The notes beneath the pieces were generated by a model. It did no database searches and was not told the origin of the DNA. It was given only the letters and a program-made list of their open reading frames with translations. A program made the translations under genes and the position numbers. From the IMG/VR virus record IMGVR_UViG_3300020578_000056: a DNA stretch of 64,000 nucleotides. One strand, 5' to 3'. This stretch comes from an uncultured virus (IMG/VR IMGVR_UViG_3300020578_000056). Its lineage: Duplodnaviria > Heunggongvirae > Uroviricota > Caudoviricetes. Shown here piece after piece: positions 1-9,400 of this stretch (positions are counted from its first letter, which is position 1; every line of letters begins with the position of its first letter).

Positions 1-1
1 A

Positions 2-196
2 ATGAGTGGAATCACCTACGGAGAATGGCGAAGCAGAATGTCGGCTCAAGTGGCCGACGAGGCACGGCAAGAGTATTACAGCACGGCTACCCAACACATT
101 CGGGAAGAAAACGCCAAGCTGAAATCCGAGCTTCTTGCTTTAAAACTTATTCTTGACAATAAGTTGCCTAGACCTGACAGTAGATTCAAACAATGA
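2..196 (+). CDS. hypothetical protein
   Basis: 64-aa ORF; stop overlaps next start (ATGA at 193-196). Confidence 0.6.
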   Translation: MSGITYGEWRSRMSAQVADEARQEYYSTATQHIREENAKLKSELLALKLILDNKLPRPDSRFKQ

Positions 197-333
197 AACC
201 TTCTCCAAGAGATTTGCCAGAAAACGATCCCCGCTGGGACACCATCCAGAGCATCGAACAAGACCACGCCAAAGAGGATTGGGCGAAGGAGCTTGAGGAT
301 ATGGACTGGCGGGACGAGCACCCCCTGCGATGA
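193..333 (+). CDS. small acidic hypothetical protein (46 aa, not in ORF track)
   Basis: MKPSPRDLPENDPRWDTIQ...HPLR*; ATGA overlaps at both ends. Confidence 0.6.
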   Translation: MKPSPRDLPENDPRWDTIQSIEQDHAKEDWAKELEDMDWRDEHPLR

Positions 334-575
334 GAACCTCCACCCATCGGATCTTCATCGACGGCAAGGAAGTCGACCGATCCAGCTTGTCCATCGACAA
401 CGTGGATACTCGGGACTACCCCGACTTCGCCGACGCTATGTTCGACGCCGCCACCTTCAAGGACGGCAAGCCCCTCACCGACGAACAGCTTGACGCCCTA
501 ACCTACCAGGAAGGGTGTCTGCTCAACGAGATGGCTCACGAACACTATGTCGGAAGGGATTATTGTGGGGACTAA
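330..575 (+). CDS. hypothetical phage protein
   Basis: 81-aa acidic ORF (VDTRDYPDFADA), coupled to upstream stop. Confidence 0.7.
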   Translation: MRTSTHRIFIDGKEVDRSSLSIDNVDTRDYPDFADAMFDAATFKDGKPLTDEQLDALTYQEGCLLNEMAHEHYVGRDYCGD

Positions 576-1200
576 GCTAGATCCTTACACCAAAGCCCTC
601 GTCGAAGAGTCGGCGGTTCCCATCCTAACCGAAAGGATCACCAGTCTTCAAAGCACCGTCCACAACCTTCAGTCTTTGATGTTCAAACTGGAAAGGGATT
701 TCCAGACCTATGCCAAAGCCACCCAAGCTTTGGCCGAACAGCTCAAGTCCGAAGTTCATATCCGTTCCAACTACCTTCCCGCCTTCACCAAAAACGGCAG
801 GAAGAAATACACCCGGTTTGTCGAAGCCGTCAAAGACCGATGGGGCGAGTGGAAACGGCAATACGAATCGGGCATGCGGATTTACCAGATTGCCAGAACT
901 TGGGGCGTCAACCACGAGAGTGTGCGTTACGCCTATTCCAAGAACTGGACGCCATCAGAAAGAAACCAAAAACAGAAAGGAAAACATGAAAGTATCAACC
1001 TTGGTGCCACGACCGACAACCGAACAGATCGACTTGTTCGGCGAGGCCACCAGCAAACGCAACAATGCCGAAAAAGTGCGGGAGTCCGTTCTCCCCATTC
1101 TCAAATTATCCTACGAAGAAACGGGCAACTGCGTCTTCGAAGGAAACCATTGGGTCATCAAAGCTTCCGACGGAAGACGGCGGGACTTGGATGTGCATAA
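547..1200 (+). CDS. coiled-coil plus HTH DNA-binding protein
   Basis: Coiled coil followed by HTH-like RIYQIARTWGVNHESVRYA; the 3' ~215 nt overlap the next gene, so the end is uncertain. Confidence 0.55.
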   Translation: MSEGIIVGTKLDPYTKALVEESAVPILTERITSLQSTVHNLQSLMFKLERDFQTYAKATQALAEQLKSEVHIRSNYLPAFTKNGRKKYTRFVEAVKDRWGEWKRQYESGMRIYQIARTWGVNHESVRYAYSKNWTPSERNQKQKGKHESINLGATTDNRTDRLVRRGHQQTQQCRKSAGVRSPHSQIILRRNGQLRLRRKPLGHQSFRRKTAGLGCA

Positions 1201-1315
1201 GCTCATCGAGGTTCTGGCGGAACTCGGGGTCAAGGAACCCGCAACCTTGGTTGAAGGATGCTACACCGAGCAGACCTTCGCCACCTTTAGGGCACAACCC
1301 ATCCCGACGCTTTGA
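986..1315 (+). CDS. hypothetical protein
   Basis: ATG at 986 preceded by GAAAGGAAAAC RBS; in frame with ORF 710..1315. Confidence 0.7.
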   Translation: MKVSTLVPRPTTEQIDLFGEATSKRNNAEKVRESVLPILKLSYEETGNCVFEGNHWVIKASDGRRRDLDVHKLIEVLAELGVKEPATLVEGCYTEQTFATFRAQPIPTL

Positions 1316-1488
1316 GCCTTCTCAACAAGAGCAAGTGCAAGGCCTTGGCATTGGAACTGGCCAGCAAGCGGGCACACAAATTCACCCGCGTCGCCCCCAG
1401 TTTCCTCGAGGTCATCGAGCGAAAGATCTCCGTCTGGATGCTCGATTACATCCACCAACTGCCCTCGAAAGGCAAGACCATCAAGTGA
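1312..1488 (+). CDS. putative histone-fold protein (58 aa, not in ORF track)
   Basis: MSLLNKSKCKALALELASKRAHKFTRVAPSFLEVIERKISVWMLDYIHQLPSKGKTIK*; TTGA and GTGA overlaps with both neighbours; RV and KTIK loop motifs. Confidence 0.7.
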   Translation: MSLLNKSKCKALALELASKRAHKFTRVAPSFLEVIERKISVWMLDYIHQLPSKGKTIK

Positions 1489-2219
1489 GCGAGTTGCTTA
1501 AGACCAGTCGAGGCAACGGCAAACTGCCCAAGACCACGCTGATCTTTAACCTTCCCGCTGGGCACACCTGCCCTTTTGCCAAGGAGTGTTTGTCAAAAGC
1601 CAACCCTCTGACCGGCAAAATTGTGGATGGGGCGCATTGTCGGTTCCGATGTTTTTCGGCATCGGCGGAAGCCCAACATAAGAATGCCCGCAACTCACGC
1701 TGGCACAACTTTAGGCTGCTCTTCCGCAAGACCACTTTGGAGATGGCCGACCTAATTTGTCGTTCGCTTCCCGAGAAAACCACCCTGGTTCGCATTCACG
1801 AGTCGGGTGACTTCTTCAACCAGAATTACTTTGACGCTTGGCTGGAAACGGCTGTCCGCAATCCGCACATCCGTTTTTACGCCTACACCAAAGCAATTCC
1901 TTTTTGGCTGGCTCGTCTTGACAAAATTCCGTCAAACTTGCGGTTGACCGCAAGCCTTGGCGGAACCCACGACGATCTGGCCGAGAAGCACAACCTCAAA
2001 ACCGCCTATGTGGCCTTCAGTGAATCGGAGGCAAACATCCGTGGCCTTGAAATCGACCACGATGACACCCTCGCCCACGGCGACAACGAGAAGTCCTTCG
2101 CCCTCCTTATCCACGGCACCCAGCCGAAAGGATCGGAGGCGGCCAAAGCCAAGGCGCTTCTCCGTAAAGCCACGGGATTCAAAGGCTACTCGGCAAAGAG
2201 AAAGCCGGTACACGTATGA
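1485..2219 (+). CDS. gp88-like phage protein (Cys-rich)
   Basis: GNGKL...FNLPAGHTCPFAKEC...CRFRCFSA, VRIHESGDFF, FYAYTK motifs; start reassigned to GTG 1485. Confidence 0.8.
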   Translation: MSELLKTSRGNGKLPKTTLIFNLPAGHTCPFAKECLSKANPLTGKIVDGAHCRFRCFSASAEAQHKNARNSRWHNFRLLFRKTTLEMADLICRSLPEKTTLVRIHESGDFFNQNYFDAWLETAVRNPHIRFYAYTKAIPFWLARLDKIPSNLRLTASLGGTHDDLAEKHNLKTAYVAFSESEANIRGLEIDHDDTLAHGDNEKSFALLIHGTQPKGSEAAKAKALLRKATGFKGYSAKRKPVHV

Positions 2220-3793
2220 GATACTTGTCGGTTTGTTCAGGCATCGAGGCGGCCTCCGTAGCCTGGGAGAAACTTGGCTGGACGCCAGTCGCCTTTTCAG
2301 AAATCGAACCCTTTCCGTCGGAGGTGCTCAAGCACCGCTGGCCGAGGGTTCCCAACCTAGGAGATATGACGAAGTATGAAGACTGGAAAATTGGAACAAT
2401 CGACCTTTTGGTCGGAGGCACACCTTGCCAAGCCTTCAGCGTGGCAGGCCTCAGGAAAGGATTGTCCGACCCCCGAGGCGGACTCTCCCTCACCTTCTGC
2501 AAAATCGCCGATCACTTCAACCCAAAGTGGATCCTCTGGGAAAACGTCCCAGGTGTCCTTTCTTCCAAGGACAACGGATTCGGATGCTTTCTGGGGGCGT
2601 TATCCGGCGAAGACGGTGAGTTACGACCGCCAGGGGGCAAGTGGGCAGACGCTGGTTGTGTGTATGGTCCCAAGAGGGCAATCGCTTGGCGATGCCTCGA
2701 TGCCCAATATTTCGGTGTGGCCCAACGACGCAAGCGTTGTTTCCTTGTCTCGTGTCCTCGAGACCAAGGAGATCCAACCAAGGTTCTATTTGAGTGGGAA
2801 GGCTTGCGCCGGGATTCTGCGCCGAGCCGAGGTTCGGGGAAAGAAGTTACCCCCGATGTTGCAGGATGCCTTAGAAGCGGCGGTGACGGTGGCGTCCCAA
2901 GCAGTCGAGGCGAGCACATAGTCGCAAACTATTGGACTGATCCCAATAGTCCTTGCGATACTTTGCTGGCTAGGGATTACAAGGGAATTGGCAACCAAGA
3001 CTTGACCACTGGCCGAACCTTGGTCAAGGCGGTTGTTCCTATCCACGACCAAGCCACCCGACACGCTGGCAAGCGTGGGGACAAGCAAGATGGCAAGGGA
3101 AACGGCCTTGGGATTGGCAAGGAAGGCGACCCCGCACCAACCCTTACCAAAGGTGACAAGCACGCCGTTCTTTATGAGAACCACCCAAATGACAGCCGTG
3201 TAACTGGACCCTTGGAGGTGGCTCCCAGCTGTGTGTCCCGATATGGGACAGGCGGTGGGAATCTCCCACTCGTTCACGAAGCGATTGCTTTTGAACCTGG
3301 CATTGCTCAAAGGGAAGGAAACGAAAGCCGTTTTGTAAAAGAAAAGTCCCCAACTTTGAGGAGTGATATGGGTGACAACCAAGTGGCGGTTGCTGTCGAT
3401 GTCTACAACCAATCCGTTGCTGGCGATCTTGCCCCCACCCTTACCCAAGCCGCTGGCGGAACCAACACCAGCAGACCCAAAGTGATGGCGGTTGACACCT
3501 ATAACCAATGCTTGCAGGAGAAAGCCGTGCCCATTCGTTCAACCGCTTCCGATATTTGTCATACTGGTGGCGTCATTGACGAGCGGGTTCGTTTTGCTGT
3601 AAGACGCTTAACACCAGTAGAATGCGAAAGATTGCAAGGCTTTGGGGACAATTATACCCAGATACCTTGGAGAAAGAAACCCGCCGACCAATGCCCTGAT
3701 GGTCCACGCTACAAAGCGCTTGGAAATTCAATGGCAGTTCCTTGTATGGAATGGATCGGCAAAAGAATTAAGGAGGAAACAATATGTGGATAG
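2216..3793 (+). CDS. DNA (cytosine-5)-methyltransferase with long variable region
   Basis: Motif I SVCSGIEA, IV GGTPCQAFS, VI WENVPG, VIII QRRKR, IX RRLTPVECERLQGF, X RYKALGNSMAV. Confidence 0.95.
   Translation: MRYLSVCSGIEAASVAWEKLGWTPVAFSEIEPFPSEVLKHRWPRVPNLGDMTKYEDWKIGTIDLLVGGTPCQAFSVAGLRKGLSDPRGGLSLTFCKIADHFNPKWILWENVPGVLSSKDNGFGCFLGALSGEDGELRPPGGKWADAGCVYGPKRAIAWRCLDAQYFGVAQRRKRCFLVSCPRDQGDPTKVLFEWEGLRRDSAPSRGSGKEVTPDVAGCLRSGGDGGVPSSRGEHIVANYWTDPNSPCDTLLARDYKGIGNQDLTTGRTLVKAVVPIHDQATRHAGKRGDKQDGKGNGLGIGKEGDPAPTLTKGDKHAVLYENHPNDSRVTGPLEVAPSCVSRYGTGGGNLPLVHEAIAFEPGIAQREGNESRFVKEKSPTLRSDMGDNQVAVAVDVYNQSVAGDLAPTLTQAAGGTNTSRPKVMAVDTYNQCLQEKAVPIRSTASDICHTGGVIDERVRFAVRRLTPVECERLQGFGDNYTQIPWRKKPADQCPDGPRYKALGNSMAVPCMEWIGKRIKEETICG
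2376..2921 (+). CDS. nested alternative-frame ORF resembling the M.EcoHK31I beta polypeptide
   Basis: 181-aa +1-frame ORF inside the MTase; C-terminal SLSRVLET...FYLSGKACAGILRRAEVRGKKLP. Confidence 0.55.
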   Translation: MKTGKLEQSTFWSEAHLAKPSAWQASGKDCPTPEADSPSPSAKSPITSTQSGSSGKTSQVSFLPRTTDSDAFWGRYPAKTVSYDRQGASGQTLVVCMVPRGQSLGDASMPNISVWPNDASVVSLSRVLETKEIQPRFYLSGKACAGILRRAEVRGKKLPPMLQDALEAAVTVASQAVEAST

Positions 3794-4164
3794 CATCAAA
3801 GTTTGGCTTTTATTCAATGGCCAACAAACCAGCGGAGCAATTCCCCGAATATGAATCTGTCATTCATGTCCGAGGCCGAGGGAAATCAGATATGGTTAGG
3901 TTGATCGAAACCTTACAAGACTTGAAGCTTAAGATTAAACCAGAGATATCATATCGTGAAGAGGTGGATTATAATTACAGAATTTTCGTTCACCCCTCAG
4001 ATCTTCCCAAGGTCTTGGCCAGACTTGGCACAAGCTTAAATTATTCTAGCTTTAAAGGTATGGTTTCAAAATCGCCCCACCAAAGACATAAGCTTTCCGC
4101 TTATTGCAGTTTTTGGCAGGATATGTTGAATGCGTTTGGAATCAATCCTTTGACCAAGCTGTGA
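3784..4164 (+). CDS. hypothetical phage protein
   Basis: AGGAGG RBS; MWIASKFGFYS...DYNYRIFV...LNYSSFK. Confidence 0.75.
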   Translation: MWIASKFGFYSMANKPAEQFPEYESVIHVRGRGKSDMVRLIETLQDLKLKIKPEISYREEVDYNYRIFVHPSDLPKVLARLGTSLNYSSFKGMVSKSPHQRHKLSAYCSFWQDMLNAFGINPLTKL

Positions 4165-4409
4165 AAAATGGGGATCTTAAGAATGAAACAGAAAGGCTCG
4201 CCTATTGGATGTGGGGGGCGGATGAACCAGCTATTTGCACCTGCAACCTTGGCCACAAGAATTGTGCAGTTGAGAAAGACGGAGTGTGTATGGACTGGCT
4301 TCAGATCCAGGTAGATCGGGAGTCTCCCATACGAGAAAAAACCGAAGCGATTCCTTTTGAGGATCTCTTCAAAGAAGGAGGTGATGGTTTATGCGAAGAC
4401 TTGTTTTGA
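4161..4409 (+). CDS. hypothetical Cys/His-containing protein
   Basis: GTGA overlap with upstream stop; CTCNLGHKNC. Confidence 0.55.
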   Translation: MKNGDLKNETERLAYWMWGADEPAICTCNLGHKNCAVEKDGVCMDWLQIQVDRESPIREKTEAIPFEDLFKEGGDGLCEDLF

Positions 4410-4714
4410 TGATAGCGTTGTTTGCCCAGCCTTTGGCAAAAGCTCAAGATGGAGTTTCCAACACCCTTAGGCTAGTGTCGATGGTTGGTGGACCCGCAGT
4501 AATATCAGCCAATCCAGTTTTGTTTAATTCAACAGGTAATCCTACTGGAATTTGGGGTAACCCAGATTTTGTCTTTTCCTTTACCAACCCAAGCGGTTTG
4601 TTTGGGAGCTTGGATTCTGTTTATAGCGTCAATAACGACTATGGTTTTGGCTTACGTGTCGATGCGTTCCAACCAGGCCTCGAACTTATCGAGGTGCCTT
4701 TCGAGGTCCCGTAA
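4391..4714 (+). CDS. secreted or periplasmic hypothetical protein
   Basis: GGAGG RBS; signal peptide MRRLVLMIALFAQPLAKA. Confidence 0.65.
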   Translation: MRRLVLMIALFAQPLAKAQDGVSNTLRLVSMVGGPAVISANPVLFNSTGNPTGIWGNPDFVFSFTNPSGLFGSLDSVYSVNNDYGFGLRVDAFQPGLELIEVPFEVP

Positions 4715-4833
4715 GCTAATTAAATCCATAGTTGCGGCTCTGGACATTAAAAGGATGTCGCAAATTTTGTCTGGAAGCATTCTCAACTCCGAGTCTTTGG
4801 GCAAACCATCCCAAAGCGGGCTATCGGGCGGAA

Positions 4834-5172
4834 TTAAGAATTCAGTTTCGCTCGCCTTTTTGCGCACGCTCCGCAACCTTGAAGTTTAGTTCCAAAGGTT
4901 TTATCTAAAGCTTTGGCAACAGGCTTGGCCAGCGTGTGGACAATGTCCCCCAACGAAGCGCCCCGACACTCTTCCTTGGGTAGCCTGTCGCAAATTTGAT
5001 CTTCAACCATTTGCCTAATAAAATTATCTATTGGCAACCCCCTGTTTATCCTAAGTTCCATAACATCTTGTATAAGCCCCTCAAATGAAGAACCTTGAAC
5101 CCAAGTTTTTAAATCGGGGTCTAAATACCGCCAGCCGCAAGCAGGTGTTTTTAGTTTGTCTTTAAGGGTCAT
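4834..5172 (-). CDS. hypothetical phage protein (C-terminal GCGACAKRR)
   Basis: 112-aa ORF with Cys cluster. Confidence 0.7.
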   Translation of the reverse strand: MTLKDKLKTPACGWRYLDPDLKTWVQGSSFEGLIQDVMELRINRGLPIDNFIRQMVEDQICDRLPKEECRGASLGDIVHTLAKPVAKALDKTFGTKLQGCGACAKRRAKLNS

Positions 5173-5184
5173 TACCCCCCTATC

Positions 5185-5212
5185 TTGACACGATTTCGTT
5201 CGGCATCAAGCT
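5185..5212 (+). promoter_or_regulatory. putative promoter TTGACA-N16-CAAGCT
   Basis: Perfect -35 box; -10 is weak and lies 6 nt before GTG 5219. Confidence 0.4.
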
Positions 5213-5218
5213 GAATAA

Positions 5219-5443
5219 GTGAAAGACGATGCTGGTTATAGTTTGCACGGAGAAAGCCCTGCAGCCGTAAAACTGCTTAAGATCTTTTTAGCGGCCAGCA
5301 TAATTGATAATGGTGGCCAGTTGGATATCTCAAAAAAGGCTTTGGCCGAACTCTCAGATAATGTCTCCAAGCACCGTGGTTTTCATTTGATGGCTTACCC
5401 TGGGGAAGACAATGGTATGGAGCTTACTCTCGAATGGTATTAA
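5219..5443 (+). CDS. hypothetical protein
   Basis: 74-aa ORF filling the gap between - strand genes. Confidence 0.6.
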   Translation: MKDDAGYSLHGESPAAVKLLKIFLAASIIDNGGQLDISKKALAELSDNVSKHRGFHLMAYPGEDNGMELTLEWY

Positions 5444-5580
5444 TGAAGCTTGTTTTTAAGCTTCTGATTCTAAGTCCCCTTTTGTTGTACCGTTTTGTTA
5501 TCTTACTAGTTGCGTATTTTCTGATGAGAAGTTTTCCAAAGGTATTTCTGTGGCTCCAAGCGAATTGTAAATTTTGCTGA
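5443..5580 (+). CDS. possible small membrane peptide (45 aa, not in ORF track)
   Basis: TAATG coupling; MKLVFKLLILSPLLLYRFVILLVAYFLMRSFPKVFLWLQANCKFC*; overlaps the 3' end of the antisense gene. Confidence 0.35.
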   Translation: MKLVFKLLILSPLLLYRFVILLVAYFLMRSFPKVFLWLQANCKFC

Positions 5581-5977
5581 CCCCAGAACTCCAATTTGCG
5601 TTTAAGTTTGTCGGATCATTCTCAGCCCCAAGAGGTGCGTAAACACGACCAAGTTTTTCAAAATCTCCTCCGACTTGGTCAATTCTTCTCCTTAAGTTTT
5701 TTGCAGAATACTCCAAACCGCTCTCTAAAGAATCAAATTTCTTAAGTTTAGTCCATTTCGTTTTGGGATCCATAATTCCAGCTGGGTTGTTGTAGTTTTG
5801 GATGGCATTGGATGTGCCATATCCAGTTTCGTGGGCAATGATGGCCGCAAATAAAGTGGGGTCGACCCCAGCATCCTCGGCAATTTGGGTGACTAACTGA
5901 GACTTTCCAGCCAAAACACCTTTCCCAAAGAGGGTGTCAAACTTGTTGGAAGCCCTAGATTTTTCTCCTAAGCCCAT
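5498..5977 (-). CDS. glucosaminidase / lysozyme-like peptidoglycan hydrolase
   Basis: AAIIAHETGYGTS (catalytic Glu), NNPAGI, YAP...W motifs. Confidence 0.8.
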   Translation of the reverse strand: MGLGEKSRASNKFDTLFGKGVLAGKSQLVTQIAEDAGVDPTLFAAIIAHETGYGTSNAIQNYNNPAGIMDPKTKWTKLKKFDSLESGLEYSAKNLRRRIDQVGGDFEKLGRVYAPLGAENDPTNLNANWSSGVSKIYNSLGATEIPLENFSSENTQLVR

Positions 5978-5980
5978 ATA

Positions 5981-6247
5981 TTAACAACTCCACAAAACCT
6001 TTCGTGACCAATAGTTTGCAGAAAGTTTCCCATCGCCACCCTTAATTCCTCCGCTTCTGGCGCAATAGCTTTTGCGTCTGGCTCGGCTTTTGTGCTGGCG
6101 GTAATCTTGCATAGAGCTATCCCCAAAATGAACTATTCTCTCTTTCCCATTGGCACAGGCCTTTACCATCTTCTTTTTGCCAGGGCGGGTGCTCTTGCGA
6201 GGTTGGTTGCAAGGCATCGAATCTTTGTTTACTCTTCCAAGTGGCAT
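5981..6247 (-). CDS. small basic viral protein (HFGD...RRKSYCAR...SANYWS type)
   Basis: Motif pattern recognised from small conserved dsDNA-virus proteins; function unknown. Confidence 0.7.
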   Translation of the reverse strand: MPLGRVNKDSMPCNQPRKSTRPGKKKMVKACANGKERIVHFGDSSMQDYRQHKSRARRKSYCARSGGIKGGDGKLSANYWSRKVLWSC

Positions 6248-6267
6248 AACTAATAGGAGGTTAAAGT

Positions 6268-6480
6268 ATGAATAAAAAAGGTCAAGAAACCATAAAACAT
6301 TACACAGATATGAACGATTTTAGCTGGAAAAGCATTCTTGTTATTCTGGTAGTGCCCCCAATTTCTTTTGCTTTGTGTTGCAGTCTTTTTATGTTTGTTT
6401 TTTATGTGGTGCCGGTTTCAATTTTGTGGGTGATCAAATATTTATTTTTGTTTCTCAAGCCAATTTCCAAAGTTTTGTAG
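6268..6480 (+). CDS. small membrane protein
   Basis: AGGAGG RBS; long hydrophobic segment; opposite strand to its neighbours. Confidence 0.6.
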   Translation: MNKKGQETIKHYTDMNDFSWKSILVILVVPPISFALCCSLFMFVFYVVPVSILWVIKYLFLFLKPISKVL

Positions 6481-9400
6481 TTTTTCAATTCTCGGGTCTT
6501 TGTTTTCCACCATTTTTTGAATCAGTTGTCCTTTTGCGTATTCTGTGGCCGCTGAAGTTGCCTTCTTAACAATTTCTTGAGCCACATAGGATTTTGAATT
6601 TCTAAGTTGCTCAATCATTTCGGGTTTGTTGAGGATTTCGTTAAGTTTGTTTCCCCTAGCAATTCTAAAATCGTAAAATTCTTGCTCTTCCATTGGAATC
6701 ATTCCAAGCAAGCGCTCCTTTCTTGCGGGAGAAGGAAACGCATTTTTAACCGCCAATACCTCAATCAAAGGATCTGCTTTAGAAAAGCTAAAAGTACGGC
6801 CAGTTGTTTTGATTGGGTTGCCAAGAAGGTCTTGATCTGGTTGCCCCAGAAATTGTCTTAGTGCTGGCGTATTTGCTATGAAGGCTCCGTCTGTAAGGGT
6901 TACCCTAGCTTTTTTCTCATCCAACTTTGTGTCCGCTCCCAAAACCTCCAAAATCCAAGGAATTCCTTTTTGATCAATATCTTTAAGGAAGTTTGGGATC
7001 GTCAAAGCGGAACCCATTCTTGCAAAAAAGGCTTTGGCTCGGCTTTCCGCTTGTTCTGGTTGGGAGCTATCCAGCATCCTAAAGAAATCTGAGAGACCCG
7101 CCAAAAAAACCATGTCAAAAGGGACGAGTAAAGCTTTGGTCAATGACGCATGGCCTGTCTCAAACAAAGCTCTTGAGCCGCTTTTTTTGTACTGCTGGTT
7201 GTCAAGAGTTTCACCAAGAATGGCAAGCGGAATCGCCATAGGGGTGGCTAAATAGCTAATATACGTATTTCCAACCTTAAAACTCCAAGGCTTCCAACCA
7301 ATTTTCATTAAGGCCTGTTTTTGCTGGGGTTCGCTTGGCCCGCCGCCATTAATTCTAAACCAAGACTTTTCGTAATCCCCATCCTCGTCAGTTCCAAGAG
7401 CCGAAAGCAAACCCGCCACACTTATAAACCCAAGCCCGACCAGTGCCCTAAATCGGATCATATCTTTTTCCACTTGGTCTACATCGGACCATTCTAGAGG
7501 ATCTTTTTTGAATGTGTTGGTAAGAGCTCGTTTTACGCTTAGTTTGGTTCCCTCAAGTCTCAATACTTTATCAAGGGCTCCCCCAAACCCATAATACCTT
7601 GCTAACCCATACCCAGTCATATCAATGGACATATTCCAGATATTCCCGACGATTCTTGTGAAAGGTATCACAAACCGAGTTTGGGGTGCCTTAGAGGCAA
7701 GAATGTTTAGGGCATTTACTACTGCCCCTAGAAACCCCTTTGGTTCTTGTTGGTACACATTGATCAAGGCTTTTGCAGAGGCTTGAGCAAGCACAGAGTT
7801 CATATCCGTTTCTCTAGGTAAACCCGATTCGGTTTTTCCTTGCCCAATAATTTGATCTAAAATTTCGTATGTTCTGAGACGATATTCTTTGGATCCTGGT
7901 TTGAAACCTTCCAAAGATGCTTGGCTTTCCGCACTCTTAAAGGAGTTTGTATCCCTTGCCACTGAGGCAAGAGCTCTGGCACTTAGCTCGGCCTCCCCAA
8001 GATTTGGGTTTTCTTCCTTTGCTTTTTTGTAGGCTCCAGAATAAAGATAAAATTCTTTGCTAACATTGTAAAACATACTATCCACAGCTGACATCAACCT
8101 TGTGACGGCAGTGCTCGGCATTCCTATCACATATTTAGCGGCTTTTTCCTTTCGGGTTTTGGCGTCTTTTTCCCACATAATTCTTGCCGAATTGGGGGTA
8201 CCCATTGATTCGGAAAGGGTAAGGTTCTCTGGTTTTGTCCAGGAATCCCCAGTGTAAGCAATGTTCATTGCGTCATCCCAACCTCTTGCAAGTCCGTTTA
8301 ATACGCCCTTAAGATATACTTTTGAATTTTTGTTTTTAATTGTCCCGATAGCGTATTCTGGAGCAATAATGAAAAAGAATTGAGATAAGTTTCCAAACAA
8401 ATTAGTAAGCTGAGTGTCTAGACCAGATAGAATTGACATATACCACCAAGACAAAGTGTAATCCCACAGATTCATTTGAAGCTTGTCGTACATCACTCGA
8501 ATCGCTTTTTGGTACCCCACATTTTTTTGGTAACCTTCCGGTTTAGTGTCGGCTTCCTGTACCAACTTGTAAATCGTTTCAGCAGTGGCTGGGTCGGTTA
8601 GACCTTCTTGTCTAGCAAACTCGGACCAAATGGAAGCGTTGGTCGGATCCAAGAGGCCATATGAAGAAAGATTTACCAATCGGGTCATAAACCTTTTTAG
8701 ATTAGGTTCCAACCTTCGATCCGCTTTTTTAGTTACAAGGTTGTCCAGAACCCTAGCGGCTTCTGCCTGGATAGTTTGCTCAATTTTTTTGGCAATTGAT
8801 TCTTGAAGTTTTTCAGCAATTGAAGGTTCGACTTCGACAACCTCAGAAGATTCCGCATCTCGGCTTAACCCCAATTCCCCGACAACCTCGCTTTCCTTTT
8901 TAAGCCCAAGAGTTCCCAAATTGGCTCGGTTCACAAACAATCCAGCCAAATCCTTGATGCTTCGATCAGCGTTGTCGGATCGATAGTACTCTTGGATCAT
9001 CTCTTTAATGTTAATCTCGTCGGCTTGCATCAGCCGTTTGATTTGGGGCAAAGTGAAAGGTTGTTCCAAGGCGGTTTTTAAATACTCCTCAAAAATAGGA
9101 GCCAGTTTTGGGTTAGCTTTAATTTCTGAGCGGATCGAGTCCTTGATTTGCACCCAAGCTTGAAGGGCTTTCGGCCATAAGGACAGAAGGTCAGACATTT
9201 TTTGGACGGTATCTTGCTGGCTTCGGATTTTGTTGAGAGTTTGGATTTCCTCTTGTGTTTTTGCTTGTTCCTCTTCTTGAGAAACTGATTTTAAGGTTGT
9301 GCCTTGTTCCTTAGCGGCATTTTGAATCACATTTTGGATCTTCCTAAGGGCGGCGCGCATTTCTTGGTTAATGCTCTTACCTTTCTTCAAATCTTCTGGA

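Noticed and set aside
1065..1484. N-terminal 140 aa of the 384-aa ORF in the track
   Set aside because: The region is occupied by two coupled genes in other frames; GTG 1485 is the more likely start
4652..4876. 74-aa - strand ORF
   Set aside because: Overlaps genes at both ends, with no RBS or motif support
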